A stretch of DNA of 64,000 bases, taken from the NCBI GenBank assembly GCA_045837725.1, contig JBEWZL010000257.1, forward strand, positions 124,001 to 188,000, in the 5' to 3' direction. The stretch's first letter is position 1. Each line of letters begins with the position of its first letter. This stretch comes from Vermamoeba vermiformis (lineage: Eukaryota). The position numbers and the translations under genes were made by a program. The notes under the pieces are model-generated. The model was not told the DNA's origin and searched no databases. It was given only the letters and a program-made list of their open reading frames with translations. This document shows positions 1 to 12,758 of the stretch, in pieces.

Positions 1-285
1 TAAATCGTTTTTTGTTCCCGCATAATCTAATTAATTTATTGTAAATAATTTATTCCAAATCTTGTAGTGTTGATTACTCCTACCTAATAAATTCCATCGT
101 AATCTTGTCGCTTTTAAATATTGCAAGTATTGAAGAAAAACTTCAGAATCCATGCGCCTTTAAAAGAACAATCTTCTTCTTGTTGTTATATGTGGTATGC
201 TACGCTCGTTTAACAAACTTGCACACACGAGTTGTTGTCATTTGTTTTATTAAATAAAATTGCAATAATAGATCTAAGTTTGATA

Positions 286-3200
286 TTAAAATACAGCTTC
301 CTGTTCTTCACCGAACTTCTTGCGCATCGAATACACTTCGCGCCACATTGACCGAATGAACGGGTATGGCAAGTATTGCTCGACTTCACTGCGCACCAAC
401 AACGGGCATCCCTTGATGAACTGTAACAAGTAGATTAGTGAACTGAAAACAGAATTGTATTGACACGTGTCAACATACCATGTCCAAGAAGACAACGACA
501 GACGGCAAGTCCTTAACAGTCTTGTCAGTCTTAGAGCGAGCCATACGCATCAAGATGACACTTGACATCTCGACAAAGGCGTTCAACAGCGCTACAATTT
601 CTTCTTCGCTGTTGTTCTCGCTGGTCAAACTCTTAAAGTGAATGATGAGCTCGTTGATGGCCTTAGCCAACACGTGCACGTTGTTGTCGTGTGCCTCGAT
701 TGAAGGCACGAACACAGCTTCACGCCAGTAAGTTGACACAAGGAACGACATGGCAAACATTGTCGGCAACAAGTCCCACACCTTCTTATCTGATTGTGCG
801 TCTGTGATACCCGCTGTTAGTTAGTGCCCATAGAGTCAACGGCAATACTTACCTTGGATGAGTGCGTCCTTGACCTCAGGATCTGCAAGGCCAGGGTTAA
901 TACCAGCCTCCACGGCAAGCAAATCAACAGGCTGAATAAGTCTAGTTAGATACCATTATTACTCTGAGCTTTCTCCTTACCGTGAACTCGGCATTCTTGA
1001 ACAAATTTTGAGGGTACGAAGAGAAGGCCGTTGTGATAGTCTTGTGAATTAAGGGCGTCGTGTTTTGAATGACGTCACCGCAAGCTTGCAGTAGTAAGTC
1101 ACGGAACAAGAGTAACTTGCCAATGGCAATAGAATGGGCGATGAATTCGTCAACGCCGTGAGGATCAGCAGGCTTGAGGGGCTTGACGAGTGCAACAACC
1201 TTGGGCTCTTGATGATACACCTTGTTGAACTCTTCCAGCACTTGTCTGTTGGTCTTGAGAGCCTCTTTAATGCCGACAATATGTTTGGTGATCAAGGCAA
1301 TGATTTCCCTATTAAATGCATTAGCTCCATGCAGGCTTTGTTGTTGACGTGCGTGACTTACTTGTCAATATTTTTCACACCATAAGGACCAATCAAGGCG
1401 CACAGTGTTTCTAACTCGACTATGTCGGCGTACTCTTCAGCACGGAACTAGAATTAAGTTAGTATAGTGTTATTTAAAATCTTTCGAGTGCTTACAGGCA
1501 AACCTCTTCGGCTCACAAATCCCTTTCTGTTGGGTGCGTAGCAGACACCAGGCAAATTGATCTTGTTTGTCAGGAACTCGAGGTACCACTGTGTCACAAG
1601 CTTGCTGCTATTGTTAGGAGCATCCTTGGCACCAGCACTGTCACGAATTAGTCTCGAAAAAGGTCTGATAAGTGCTGCAACTTACGGAGCATAAAGCTCT
1701 TCAAGCATGACCGTTGTGGTGATTTTTGTGATGTCAATATCAACTGTCCGAGAGTTAGTGCTGATCCGCGGTCGAAAAAAGAAAGCCGTACCGTAGTTCT
1801 CAATGCTGCGCAACAAAGAAGTGTAGACACTGATCTGTTTCAGCAAGACTGAAGGAGGTTGAATGATACTTTCAGGCTTGCTTGGGTTCTGTTGACGAGC
1901 GATTGGAATGGGCAAAAGTCGCTTCAAGAAGCCCTTCAACAAATTGGCAATCATCTCAGTCAAGTACTAAGAAAAAAGATCAGCAAGGGCGGATGACGTT
2001 GTTCGGATCTTTTACCTCTTTAGGCACGAACGCTGTGTCATAGACAACCAAGTTACTGAACTCATTGCACGCAGAGCAGAGCAAATTCAAGTTCTTTTGA
2101 TACAAGCGCAAGCTAGAAAAAGTGAGTTAGTTAGTAACAACAGATCAGTTTGCTAGAGGCGCTTACTTCTTGTATCGCTCTTTGTTCGCAAACAAACTCT
2201 CAGAACCAGGAATGGGTGGAGGATGGTGCTTTTCGGGTTTGTAGTCTTCCTTGGTCTCCAGCAATTTGTGGATGCCGTTTTGAGGTGCGTGCTTGAAAAA
2301 TGTTAACGTGCTGTCTTTCCTCACGTAATATCAAGTACTTACTAAGTTATCGAAGACAATATATTCGTTGGCGATTTGGTCAAAGACGGCACTGGCGCGT
2401 TCAACGATCTTGCCAAAAAATGATTCAGCCATGGCAACAACTTCTTCACCAATACGAGGAGTCTAATACATAAAAAGTAAATAATAATGCTCCATAGAGA
2501 AAGGAAAAGCCGAGTCGAAGGGGCTGCTAAAAAGCAAAAAAGTAGTCGACGTCGATGGGATTCGAACCCATGCGGGACAAGCCCAATGGCTTAGCAGGCC
2601 ACCACCTTAAAACCACTCGGTCACGACGTCTTGATTGCTCCCTCGTTTTCGAAAGAAATGGTCCTGACCAGACCGACCGCCTGATTCTTACCTCCGCTGG
2701 CTCCCAAGCTGTGCCGTTCTCGGGGAACTGCGATAACAAAACCATCATAGTCATGGCGTATGCTGGGAACGCTTGAAGAGCAACTTCGAAGAGCTAGCCA
2801 CGTAATTAGTCACTAGCCGTTAGTAAAAAGTGCGCGTAACTTACCCCAATAAAATCGTTCTTGAAGTAGTAAAGCTCGCGTAATGAGCAAGCCTTGCTGA
2901 TCACTTGTTCCGTGCTATCGATATATTCAGTGTGCTGCATAATGAAATTGATCTTTTCAATGAGTTTGATGCTCTTCATGGCGAGAGGTGAAAGTCCAAC
3001 TTCGACTTGGCACCAAAGAAGTCGCAGCGCTTCAAAATCTCTGCCACTGTCGGTTTCGGGGTTGATCTTTGAGAGGAACGAAACCAGCTCGGACACAAAG
3101 CCAACCAGTTCAGGACCGTGCTGTTGGAAGTTGGCTTCCTGTTGGAATTCACGCAGACGACTCAAGTCAGTGCGATTCAAGAATTCCAAATAGTATCTCT

Positions 3201-5176
3201 TGATGACTACACGGCAATGTTAGCGATGTTGCATGGAGAGTAAATGACTTACTGTCAATGTTGTCGCGGAGCAACAATTGGAATTTGACGACGTAGTGAA
3301 TAAGCTCAACAATGCGCGGGTCTTGGAAATCTTCAGGCTTGCCTCGCTTGCCAGGGATCTTGTCCTTATGCCGCACGAACCACATAATTTCTTCCTTAGC
3401 GCCAGACAAAGCAGCAACCAAGATCTGTCCCAGGTCAATTTCCGTTGTTTTACGGGATTTAAAAGGTTGGCTTACCTGGAACTTTGGGCCTATCAGACCA
3501 GGGGTATCACTGAGCAAATTGTAAAGGTTTTCAATTTCTTGACGGTAGAAGATACGTCGTTCTCTGTGATGCATTGCTGCCTCTGCAAAACCAGCAGTAG
3601 TTCCTTCTCTGTAAATAGGGATATTAGTACAACGTTAACTCGTCGACCATTTGACCACGTACTTGAAGAGAGGCTTCAATTTGCCTAACTTGACAGTCTT
3701 GCTCTTGTAGTTATCGAACATGTACTCGTAGTTCATGTACAAAAATGCTGATTCGTCGCGAACAAGAGGAGTGTTGGGACCTTCAGACAACACGAACTTG
3801 ACGAGGTTCATTGCGCCTTGGTACTCCAAATCCTCGGGAGAAACAAGCATTCCGAAAACGAACCACAAATACATCTTGCGGGCCAAAGCCATGTCTGACA
3901 AGGTCTGCATGAAAATTAGTACGGCACATTCAATCGCACTCGTTGTTGTTATCTGATTACCTTCAAACTGATGGGTGCCGTCAATTTTTGAGGCTTGGCA
4001 ATAATGCTCAAAATGGCCTCGTTTCTCAAGCCAGTCGTGTTGCGAACTTTCGTGTAGCTTGGCAAGAGTGGCACTAAGGCCTGCACGATCTTGCTGCTCA
4101 TTGGACGGAACTCTTCTTGAATTTTTCGGATTGGCTTATCGTAGGCACCGAGGAACTTGAGTATTCTAAAACAATAATATTATTATCAGCATCATGTCGT
4201 TTCTAACTCGATCGTTATTGCGTACTTGTCCAAGTTGACCTCGCGTTGATTGTACGCTAATTTGTAGCAGAGTTGGTGCAACATAATCAAGGTCTTCTTC
4301 TCTTCCATTTTTTGGACTAACAGAATGAGTTGAATGTACACCACGATCAAATCGAAAAATTCTTCGGTCACGTGTGCATTCAATTCAAGCTAAAAATAGA
4401 AAAACATGTTAGGTACCAAAGCAGTAGGTTAACGTCAACAGTAATTGCGTCGTAGGTCATCGTGTCACCGGGCGAAAAATTGTGTCACGTATTTATAAAT
4501 TATTATTTGGTCATTATTGAATTATTTTGGATCCGTTAGATAGTTGGGTATTGTAATAAAATTCTTACCATAAAGAAGTTGACTTTCGCGTTAGTGTCCA
4601 ATAATACTGTCAATGCTGTGGCTTGAAAGTCTGCGACATCAACGAGAGCAGTATAATAAGGTGTAAATAAATTAATGACTTCTTGGGCTTTGTCTTTGTA
4701 AATTTCAGCTCCAGTCTGTAGATGCGCGTTGTTAGTTTGTTATTAAGATAATTAAACAGTATTTTATATGAAAAATAATAAATGACAATTAAAAGAGCAA
4801 CAGAAAGATATTGATATTTTTAACTTGCTGACCGTTTAGCAGATTTGATGAAATTTGGCGTCTATAAGTGTAAATATGTAACAAAAAAATAATTTATAGT
4901 TATAAAAAGCGAGTTTAATCGGTAAATGAGTTTTTCTATAAGAATCCGACAATTTAAAATTGTAATAATTTCTAAGCTTTAATTTACCTTCTCCAATAGC
5001 GGTAGTTCGGGATATTTGGGCACAATTAATTTGTTTACACGCACGAAAGCAGGATCAGCAAGAAATGGAGCTCTTTTGGGGTTATTGATCAGCTGCTTCA
5101 GATTGTGCAGTTCGATCAGCAGGCCTTGTCCTAATTGGTTCAGGACATGCAGCCTGGTAATTATTTGAGAAGCCAT
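286..5176 (-). CDS. NCKAP1: Nck-associated protein 1 (NAP1/Hem, WAVE/SCAR complex subunit), multi-exon
   Basis: N-terminus MASQIITRLHVLNQLGQGLLIELHNLK and internal HRERRIFYRQEIENLYNLLSDTPGLIGPKF / EIMWFVRH resemble NCKAP1. Many short GT-AG introns join the minus-strand ORF fragments. Confidence 0.88.
2547..2630 (-). tRNA. tRNA-Ser(GCT), inside an intron of the NAP1 gene
   Basis: Reverse complement GACGTCGTGACCGAGTGGTTTTAAGGTGGTGGCCTGCTAAGCCATTGGGCTTGTCCCGCATGGGTTCGAATCCCATCGACGTCG. It has a 7-bp acceptor stem, anticodon loop CTGCTAA, long variable arm, GGTTCGAATCC T-arm and discriminator G, and is followed by a T6 Pol III terminator. Confidence 0.95.
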
Positions 5177-5362
5177 TGATATATACTAGTGGACTATATT
5201 CAATCTAAGCCTTCTCTTGCCAGGTCGAAAAAAATAACGAATAACAAAATGGACTCGCAACTAATTATTTTGTTCCTCGCTGCCACTAGAATAGCACATA
5301 TATTCTAAGAGATAACTGCGTATAGACAAATAGCTATTGGTGGCTGATTACTTAATTTCAAA

Positions 5363-6879
5363 ATGAGCGAAGAGCCAGTTAAAAGATCTACACGCGGCAA
5401 GCGGTGAGTATTTTTACTGCCTAAGTATCGATTATTATAATGCATATTAATTTTGAAAATCAAGTATTGATGTTACAAAACTCGCTGAACTCGAAGCTGA
5501 ACAAGATGAGTTCTGGGGAAAAGGCGGGCAAGGAGGAGATTTATTCGCGGTGAGTATATTAATAAATAACTGAATAACAACGAGGCTTTGCTACTAATTT
5601 GCCAGCTTAAAGCAAGATCTTGAAAATTTGATTATTTTGTTATTAAAAATCGAGCTAAAATTGCTATTTAATGTACATTACTGATAAAATGCCATGATAA
5701 CGTATTTTTGTCGCCATTAAATCCGAAATAATATTGGATCCATTGTAGGAAGAATCAGACGACGAGTCCTTTGACACGAGCGAAGAAGAGAGTGAGAACA
5801 AAGAAGACAGCGAGGACAGTGACATTGACAACCCCGAGAACGAGAAGGCTGAGGCTGTAGAGGTCAATGAGAACGAGGACAAGGACGATGCGCCTAAGGT
5901 ACTCAGAACAGCACTAACATGCATGCATAATACTATAGTCTCACCATAATTATGCTTGTAGAAAAAAAGAATGTGTACGTCGATCCAGCGCGCATGAAAA
6001 ACAAACCAGCAAAACCAAAGCCAAGCACGAGCACCACCAGTGAGGCCCCGACTAGCGAGGCCGGTACCGCTGAAGAGACAGAAGCACCACGACGAGGACG
6101 CAAAAGAAAGTTGTTAGATGGCGAGTCTGAACAGCAAGAGGGCAGTGAAGCGAATGACGGTGATGAGCCTGCGAAGAAAAAACAAAAGAAAGATGATGAC
6201 GCGCGTCAATTGAGAAAATCTACCGTGCAGAAGAGTGAGGAGGGAAAAATCATCAGACAAATCGAAAAAGACGAAGCTGATCAGCGACGAGTATGTTATT
6301 TCCTTATTTGGACATAGAACATTATCCTGTCTCGAGTTTCATTCATACTCACGCCTTCCTATTAGAAAAAACGAAAACAGAACAAAAAAGTCGTGAAACA
6401 GTTCTCGCAAGCAGAGTTGTTAGCCGAGGCGCGTGAGACTGAAAAGATCAATCAAGAGTCACTTGCAGAGATGATGAAGCTCGAAGAAGAGCGCAAAAAG
6501 ATTGTTGCCCCGAAGGCCAAATATCCTTTCAATTGTTTATGACTTGCTAATACTATTATATATCGTGCTCTATTGTCCTTAACCCTTCGTCTTACAATTC
6601 TAGGTCCACGCATCATCACACTGTCACGTGCCAAAAGTCACACTGTCACATTCACTGACGTCGATGATTTGCCCGCATTTTTACGTGCCAAGGCACCGCC
6701 ATGTAAGCACGCTCATATTATTATGTTGGTAGTTACTCGCCCCTAATCGCAATGCAGATCCAAATCAAGCAATGTGCGTCATCACCGGTCTTCCGGCCAA
6801 GTACTTCGACCCAGTCACACAAATGCCCTATGCCACTTCCGAGGCATTTAAACAGTTGCGAGCCAAATATGTCAAATAA
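5363..6879 (+). CDS. VPS72: Vps72/YL1 (SWR1/SRCAP complex H2A.Z chaperone), multi-exon
   Basis: Starts MSEEPVKRSTRGKR and contains DEFWG, an acidic tract, QAELLAEARETEKINQESL, and the YL1-C motif CVITGLPAKYFDPVTQMPYATSEAFKQLR. Confidence 0.88.
6521..6595 (+). other. U12-type (minor spliceosome) AT-AC intron in VPS72
   Basis: 5' end ATATCCTTT, branch TCCTTAAC at 6576-6583, 3' end TTAC. Removal gives in-frame KIVAPKAK-ILGPRIITLSR. Confidence 0.85.
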
Positions 6880-6905
6880 CTTGGCTTCATGCGTGAACGA
6901 TAATT

Positions 6906-7073
6906 TTTGTAAATAAAGATGGCTAGGCCGATTTTGAGCCCGAACTGAAGTACACAGCAGCTGAAATTTCCTCCACAAACTGTTCTAATAGCATATTGTT
7001 AATATCGTTATTAAGCTCGTAGAAGATGGAAAAGAGCACTTGCGAAGAAGTACGGATCGGATTTTCTTGGTTT
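6906..7073 (+). repeat. Direct repeat copy 1 (duplicate of the Kelch gene's upstream region, exon 1 and splice donor)
   Basis: Matches 9257-9431. By manual alignment there are 8 substitutions over the 153-nt core plus a 7-nt indel. Confidence 0.93.
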
Positions 7074-7213
7074 AGTGTCAGCCGTTTATCAGGCTAAAGA
7101 GTTTAGAAACAAAACAACATAACTTTATAAACATTAAATACAAAACATCTACAATTTACATTTAACCAGTCTGTACTTGACTTTTAGTCCAAGCACATTT
7201 CGTCATCGCCACT

Positions 7214-8782
7214 TTAAAGCGATTCGACCGCTTCGTTGAATACCGGAGCTCTCAACGCCTGCTCTGCTGATAATCTCACTGAATAAAATTGTTAATTGCT
7301 GAGTTATTCTTGAGAGTCATTGCATTTACCGTTTGCGGTTGTTAATAATTGACTGATGAGATCGAGCATTGAACCGTTGCACAATGGAGTAAGTTCTTTG
7401 GCTTCAATTCTGCTGACTACCTGTTTGTAGTCGTCATCGTGTCTTGGTTTGAATTTCTACACCTATTATCGTGTTATTAAGGACAAATATTATTGATTGG
7501 TCACTTACAATTGAGGCCAATATCATTCCGACAGAGAACATATCATCAGCGGTAGTGACTTTGTCCGTATCCAGTACCTCAGGTGATGCATAACCGTGGG
7601 TGAATCCAAAGCATTGGACTCTACAAATTATGTTATTGTAACGCAATCAATTCAGGGCAATACTTACGAAAGATGAGTGTATTTAACAATTGACGAGTAA
7701 CTGAAATCAAAAAGTTTGACGTGTCGTTTGTCCTTGAAGTACCGCAGATTACTAGGCTTCAAATCACTGTGGATCACTCGTCTTTTATGCAACGCATTCA
7801 CTGCCTAAATAACAACATTAATTATCATTAATTATGTTAAAAATACGCACCGTGCCTAGTGGATCCACTGCAAATAACTTAACGTCTTGCTTCGATTCTA
7901 GTGCGAGCGGTTCATCGCCAAGATCTTCCGTGACCAGTACATATTCATCGTCTTTGCAATGAGTTTTCAGCATTCGAGGCATGTACCTGTATTCTTGTTG
8001 TACCAAGTGCTCGTACACTCGAGTTTCTCTGCACAGGTCATCAAATTTATCAAACCCTTTGAGGACCGCTGGTGCTCCGTTCGCCAGCAGGTAACCGCGA
8101 TACACAAAGGTATCTCCGGCTTTCTGATAACAAGAGTTAGCCCTCACAAACACTGGCACTCTCAATTACTTACGCCAAGATTGGTGTTGTCACACGGCAT
8201 GAATCCATTGTTGCTTAAAAAGGCAACTAATTTGCCGGTAGGCCTGTTCGCGTCGGGTTTATCGCCACTCGATCCGTCTGATTCCGATGACGACTTTCTT
8301 GAAGATGAGTCATCGTCATCTGTAGCAGCGTCGCTAGGAACATTCTCAACTTGTGTTAGTTCAATTTTGTTGCCAATTTGCATACTTACGTTTAAATCGT
8401 TTAGCAAGATAGGTACAGTGGGATGTCTTAGAAGTCGGACTGCCTCTACTTGCATTGTTGCTTCCTCGATACCCTCTTCCGTGAGATGACGATCATAAAC
8501 ACGAGGAGTTATTGACTCATCGCCAGGGGGTGTAGGAGTTGGTACATGTTCGATAAGGAGAATAATGGCGTCTCCATTGTTCAAATTAACTTTCTGATTT
8601 ATACCGTAGATTTTATGGTCTACCATTATGGCAACGACGCCTGAAAGCTTTTGGTTTGCTCCATCTACGCCGAAATGTTTATGAACGGCTGCTGTAACAA
8701 CCGATTTAGCCGGTTGGTTGCCAAGTTTAGTAACAACATTAATAATACTACCACGGAAATGACAGGTCACATTAATACTCAT
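7214..8782 (-). CDS. Ser/Thr protein kinase with a short N-terminal, possibly ubiquitin-like, header domain; multi-exon
   Basis: The spliced reading contains LGKAGDTFVYRG, AVLK, IHSDLKPSN, KLFDFS, GYASPE, DMFSVGMI and RLSAEQAL. Start taken as MSINVTCHFRG. Confidence 0.8.
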
Positions 8783-9256
8783 TTGTGGTATTGAATTCAA
8801 AAAAATAAAGGCGCCTTTAAAATGGCGCGCAAAAAAAAAGACAAACTTTGCGGGCAAATAATTGAGGCGAATTTGACAAAATAAAGCTTCGGTAGAAGGA
8901 ATAAATATCTATCTTCACAGAGGTTGGAAACCCCAGATCAAGCCAATGCTAGTCTGTGGATGTCACAATATTTACAACATAAGCTTAGCAGATCTTATTT
9001 GTAACGTCTACTAGCGGTTGTCTTGCTTTGCTAACTTTCCCACCGTCCTCTTTTGTAGATCTCGCATTAAAATACTCGTCTTGTAGTAATTCTGCTGCAC
9101 GAAACGTTATTCGAGATGCGAGGTACAATTTTTTGTTTGAGCCGGAAATTACAAGCATGCTTTTATATCACCAACGTACATTACTATGACAGCTTACAGC
9201 GCCTACTACGACTTTTGTTGTTTCGGGTAATACAGTTTTTCGTTGAAAAAATATCC

Positions 9257-9431
9257 TTTGTAAATAAAGATCTTTCCTGGCTAGTCCGATTTTGAGCCCG
9301 AACTGAAGTACACAGCAGCTGAAATTTCCTGCACAAACTGTTCTAATAGCATATTGTTAATATCCTTATTAAGCTGGTAGAAGATGGAAAAGAACACCTG
9401 CGAAAAAGTACGGATCGGTTTTTCTTGGTTT
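9257..9431 (+). repeat. Direct repeat copy 2 (functional upstream region and first exon of the Kelch gene)
   Basis: Matches 6906-7073 and contains ATG 9384 and donor GTACGG. Confidence 0.93.
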
Positions 9432-10704
9432 CTTGCCACGAAATTAATTTACTAATTGTAAATACAGAATCACTCTATAGTTTATAATTCGGAAGAGGCA
9501 CCAGAATTCATGAGCGGTAAGTTTTAATTTTTAAAATAAAAAGTATAAAATAATCGACTTTAATTATTAATACAGGACACAGTGCCAACATTATGGAACA
9601 AAATTTATATGTATTTGGTGGATACGATGGCGATACTAGATTCAACTCTCTTTGGCAGGTCCAAAACATCACTTCTATTCGTAAGTGCGCGACACTCTCA
9701 ATTGCCTATTAACGCAGCTAACAGGTACTAATGGCGACGACTTGAAGTGGGAGCGAGGTAAGAACTAAGCTCTAACTGACAAGCAAACTGATGTAATATA
9801 TGCGTAGTTCCTTTGCAGTCTCAACGACCAATCACAGGCCGTGCAGGTCACGTGTGTCAGTCGCTGTTGTTTCCCAACACGAACACACCACAGCTGTTCA
9901 TACACGGTGGTTATGACTCAGATAGAAATGTACTCTCAGACTGCTTCAGAATCGACACTTGTACGTACCTTTAACAAATCAATCGGTCCCTTATTAACGC
10001 TTATTAGTATTGCGTGAATGTCACGTGGTGACACCTAAAGTCAACGATGCAAAGCTAGTGCTGGACAGACGGTGGCACACATCGTGGGCGTACGACAATA
10101 AAATGTTCATTCACGGTAAGATGAAGACACTGAATAGTGCAATAATTGACGTTTGACAGGTGGTTGGAATGACGCTGGACCACTTGATTCTGTTGGATAT
10201 TACGATGTCAAAGACAATTCTTGGAACTCGTTGGTGACTGAAGGAAACAAACCATCACCGCGACGATGGCACGCGACCACTCTTGTGCCAAATACTTCAA
10301 GAGTAATCATGAGTGGTGGCTATGATGGAAGTCCGTTGGGCGATCTATGGGAATTAGATTTAGAGCGAGGCCGATGGATGCAATGCAAAATCAAAGCAGA
10401 CCTGGCTAAAGGTTTACAGCCTCGGTGCAGGCATAGTTTGGTCATATTTCCGCACAGACCTAAAGAAGTGTATTTTATCGGTGGATTCAGTGGTCAAGCA
10501 GCTTCGAATCCAAGTTCAAAACCAGTCTTATTAACTTTAGATAATATGACGTTTAGAGAGGCATCAATTGAAAACTTTTTTGACTTGGTTAGAGCAGGTC
10601 AGTCAGCGACCTTGTTGCCAGACAATTCTTTTGTATTGTTCGGCGGCATTGACGCGCAAGGAAAGACTACGAATGACTTGCTGTCGGTGTACACAAATGA
10701 CTAG
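9384..10704 (+). CDS. Kelch-repeat beta-propeller protein, multi-exon
   Basis: Repeats GHSANIMEQNLYVFGGYDG, GRAGH..IHGGYD, RRWHTS..IHGGWN, PRRWHAT..MSGGYDG, PRCRHSL..FIGG and RAGQSA..LFGG. Confidence 0.85.
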
Positions 10705-10805
10705 AAATAAACTGAACAAATTATACTAACCACATTTATATCACAAAAATATTACAAGAGTTTTTACAAGAATTGGGCGCGTTGTTGAGCATCGCGCTTT
10801 TGGAC

Positions 10806-12758
10806 TTAATCGACTTCTTCGACAGTAGGTCCGGCAGTGGATCCAGTGTGAGGACCAGCAGTAGCACCCATACCTCCAACATTAGGCACACTACCGCCTG
10901 CACCAGATTGGTACATCTTGGTGAAGATCGGGTTGATAACTTGTTCGAGCTCTTTGTGCTTGGCGTCGAATTCGCTCTCGGAGGCATCACCGTTGCTCTC
11001 GATCCAGTGCAAGATGTCTTCAACTGACTTCTCGACCTTGCTCTTGTCGTCGTCAGAGAGCTTGTCCTTAAACTGCTCTTCTTTCACTGTGTTGCGAGCG
11101 CTGAAGGCAAAGTTCTCGAGCTTGTTCTTGGCCTCAATCTTGCGCTTGGCCTTCTCATCTTCTTCCTTGTATTGCTCGGCTTGCTTGACCATGCGCTCAA
11201 TGTCTTCTTTGCTCAAGCGGCCCTTGTCGTTAGTGATCGTGATCTTGCTGCTCTTGCCGGATGCAGTGTCGACAGCAGAGACGTTCAAAATGCCGTTGGA
11301 GTCAATGTCGAATGAGACTTGAATCTGAGGAGTGCCACGAGGAGCAGGTGGAATTCCGGTCAAGTCGAACTTGCCCAACAAGTGGTTGTCCTTGGTGAGT
11401 GGTCGTTCGCCTTCGTAGACCTTGATAGTGACGGCAGGTTGGTAGTCAGCGTAAGTAGTGAAGGTCTCTTTCTTGTTGACTGGAATGGTCGTGTTGCGCG
11501 GGATCAGCACTGACATGACACCACCAGCGGTCTCGACACCAAGGGACAATGGTGCGACGTCGAGCAAGACGATTTGGTCGAGTTGCTTGCCCTTCTTGCC
11601 TGCCAAAATAGCTGCTTGGACTGCGGCACCATAGGCGACGGCTTCGTCAGGGTTGATGGACTTGTTGAGCTCTTTGCCATTGAAGAAGTCTTGGAGCATC
11701 TGTTGCACCTTGGGGATACGAGTAGAGCCACCAACGAGCACGACTTCATCGACCTTGGACTTGTCAATCTTGGCGTCACGCAAGACTTGCTCAACGGGTT
11801 CAAGGCAGCCACGGAAGAGGTCCATGTTGAGCTCTTCAAAGCGGGCACGAGTGATGTTAGTGTAGAAGTCAACACCCTCGTAGAGCGAGTCGATCTCAAT
11901 GGAGGCTTGAGTAGACGAGGAGAGCGTTCTCTTGGCTCGTTCACAGGCTGTGCGGAGACGTCTGATGGCCTTGGCATTGCCTGAAATGTCCTTGTTGTGT
12001 TTCTTCTTGAATTCTTTCACGAAGTAGTTGACGAGGCGATTGTCGAAGTCCTCGCCACCCAAGTGAGTGTTGCCACCAGTAGCCTTCACTTCGAAGACAC
12101 CTTCGTCGAGTGTCAAAAGTGTCACATCGAAGGTACCACCGCCCAAGTCGAAGATGAGCACATTCTTCTCGCCACTTGTAGCTTTGTCGAGACCATAGGC
12201 AATGGCAGCAGCAGTAGGCTCGTTGATGATTCGATGCACTTTGAGGCCAGAGATAGTGCCTGCGTCCTTGGTGGCTTGTCGTTGTGAGTCATTGAAGTAG
12301 GCAGGCACGGTGACGACGGCATCCTTGACTGGACCTCCGACGTAGGCTTCAGCAGTCTCTTTCATCTTGACGAGGACCATGGCTGAAATTTCTTCGGGAG
12401 TAAAAGTTTTGGTCTCGCCCTTGAACGAGACTTGGATGTGCGGCTTGTCGTCGTCTTTGCGAATCACTTTGAAGGGCCAGTGCTTCATGTCTTCTTGCAC
12501 TACTGGGTCGGAGAACTTGCGTCCAATTAAGCGCTTGGAGTCGAAGACAGTGTTCTCGGGGTTGAGGGCGACTTGACTCTTGGCTGCATCTCCGATCAGA
12601 CGCTCACTTTCGGTGAATGCGACGTATGAAGGAGTAGTTCTGTTGCCTTGGTCATTTGGAATGATTTCCACTCTGTCGTTCTGCCAGATACCGACGCAGG
12701 AGTAAGTAGTACCCAAGTCGATACCAATGCAGGGCCACGAAGCTGTTTGTGATGACAT
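10806..12758 (-). CDS. HSP70: Cytosolic heat shock protein 70, intronless
   Basis: 650-aa ORF with [31 protein letters not shown] and C-terminal GPTVEEVD. Confidence 0.98.
   Translation of the reverse strand: MSSQTASWPCIGIDLGTTYSCVGIWQNDRVEIIPNDQGNRTTPSYVAFTESERLIGDAAKSQVALNPENTVFDSKRLIGRKFSDPVVQEDMKHWPFKVIRKDDDKPHIQVSFKGETKTFTPEEISAMVLVKMKETAEAYVGGPVKDAVVTVPAYFNDSQRQATKDAGTISGLKVHRIINEPTAAAIAYGLDKATSGEKNVLIFDLGGGTFDVTLLTLDEGVFEVKATGGNTHLGGEDFDNRLVNYFVKEFKKKHNKDISGNAKAIRRLRTACERAKRTLSSSTQASIEIDSLYEGVDFYTNITRARFEELNMDLFRGCLEPVEQVLRDAKIDKSKVDEVVLVGGSTRIPKVQQMLQDFFNGKELNKSINPDEAVAYGAAVQAAILAGKKGKQLDQIVLLDVAPLSLGVETAGGVMSVLIPRNTTIPVNKKETFTTYADYQPAVTIKVYEGERPLTKDNHLLGKFDLTGIPPAPRGTPQIQVSFDIDSNGILNVSAVDTASGKSSKITITNDKGRLSKEDIERMVKQAEQYKEEDEKAKRKIEAKNKLENFAFSARNTVKEEQFKDKLSDDDKSKVEKSVEDILHWIESNGDASESEFDAKHKELEQVINPIFTKMYQSGAGGSVPNVGGMGATAGPHTGSTAGPTVEEVD

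Noticed and set aside
7455-7470. Possible premature stop (GTG TAG) making the kinase a pseudogene
   Set aside because: Using the second AG (GTGTAG|AAATTC) as the acceptor keeps the frame open to a normal kinase C-terminus. RNA data are needed to decide, so it is not called a pseudogene.
9251-9260. ATATCCTTT resembling a U12 donor
   Set aside because: It is intergenic, with no upstream exon or matching branch/AC site identified.
6906-9431. LTR retrotransposon interpretation of the direct repeats
   Set aside because: The repeats lack TG...CA ends and consist of the Kelch gene's own upstream region and exon 1. The interior encodes an intron-containing kinase, not gag/pol.
10773-12576. Long antisense and alternate-frame ORFs over HSP70 (likewise over CDC48, HMGR and 58166-59320)
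   Set aside because: These are shadows of strongly biased codon usage or low-complexity sequence in real genes, with no recognisable motifs.
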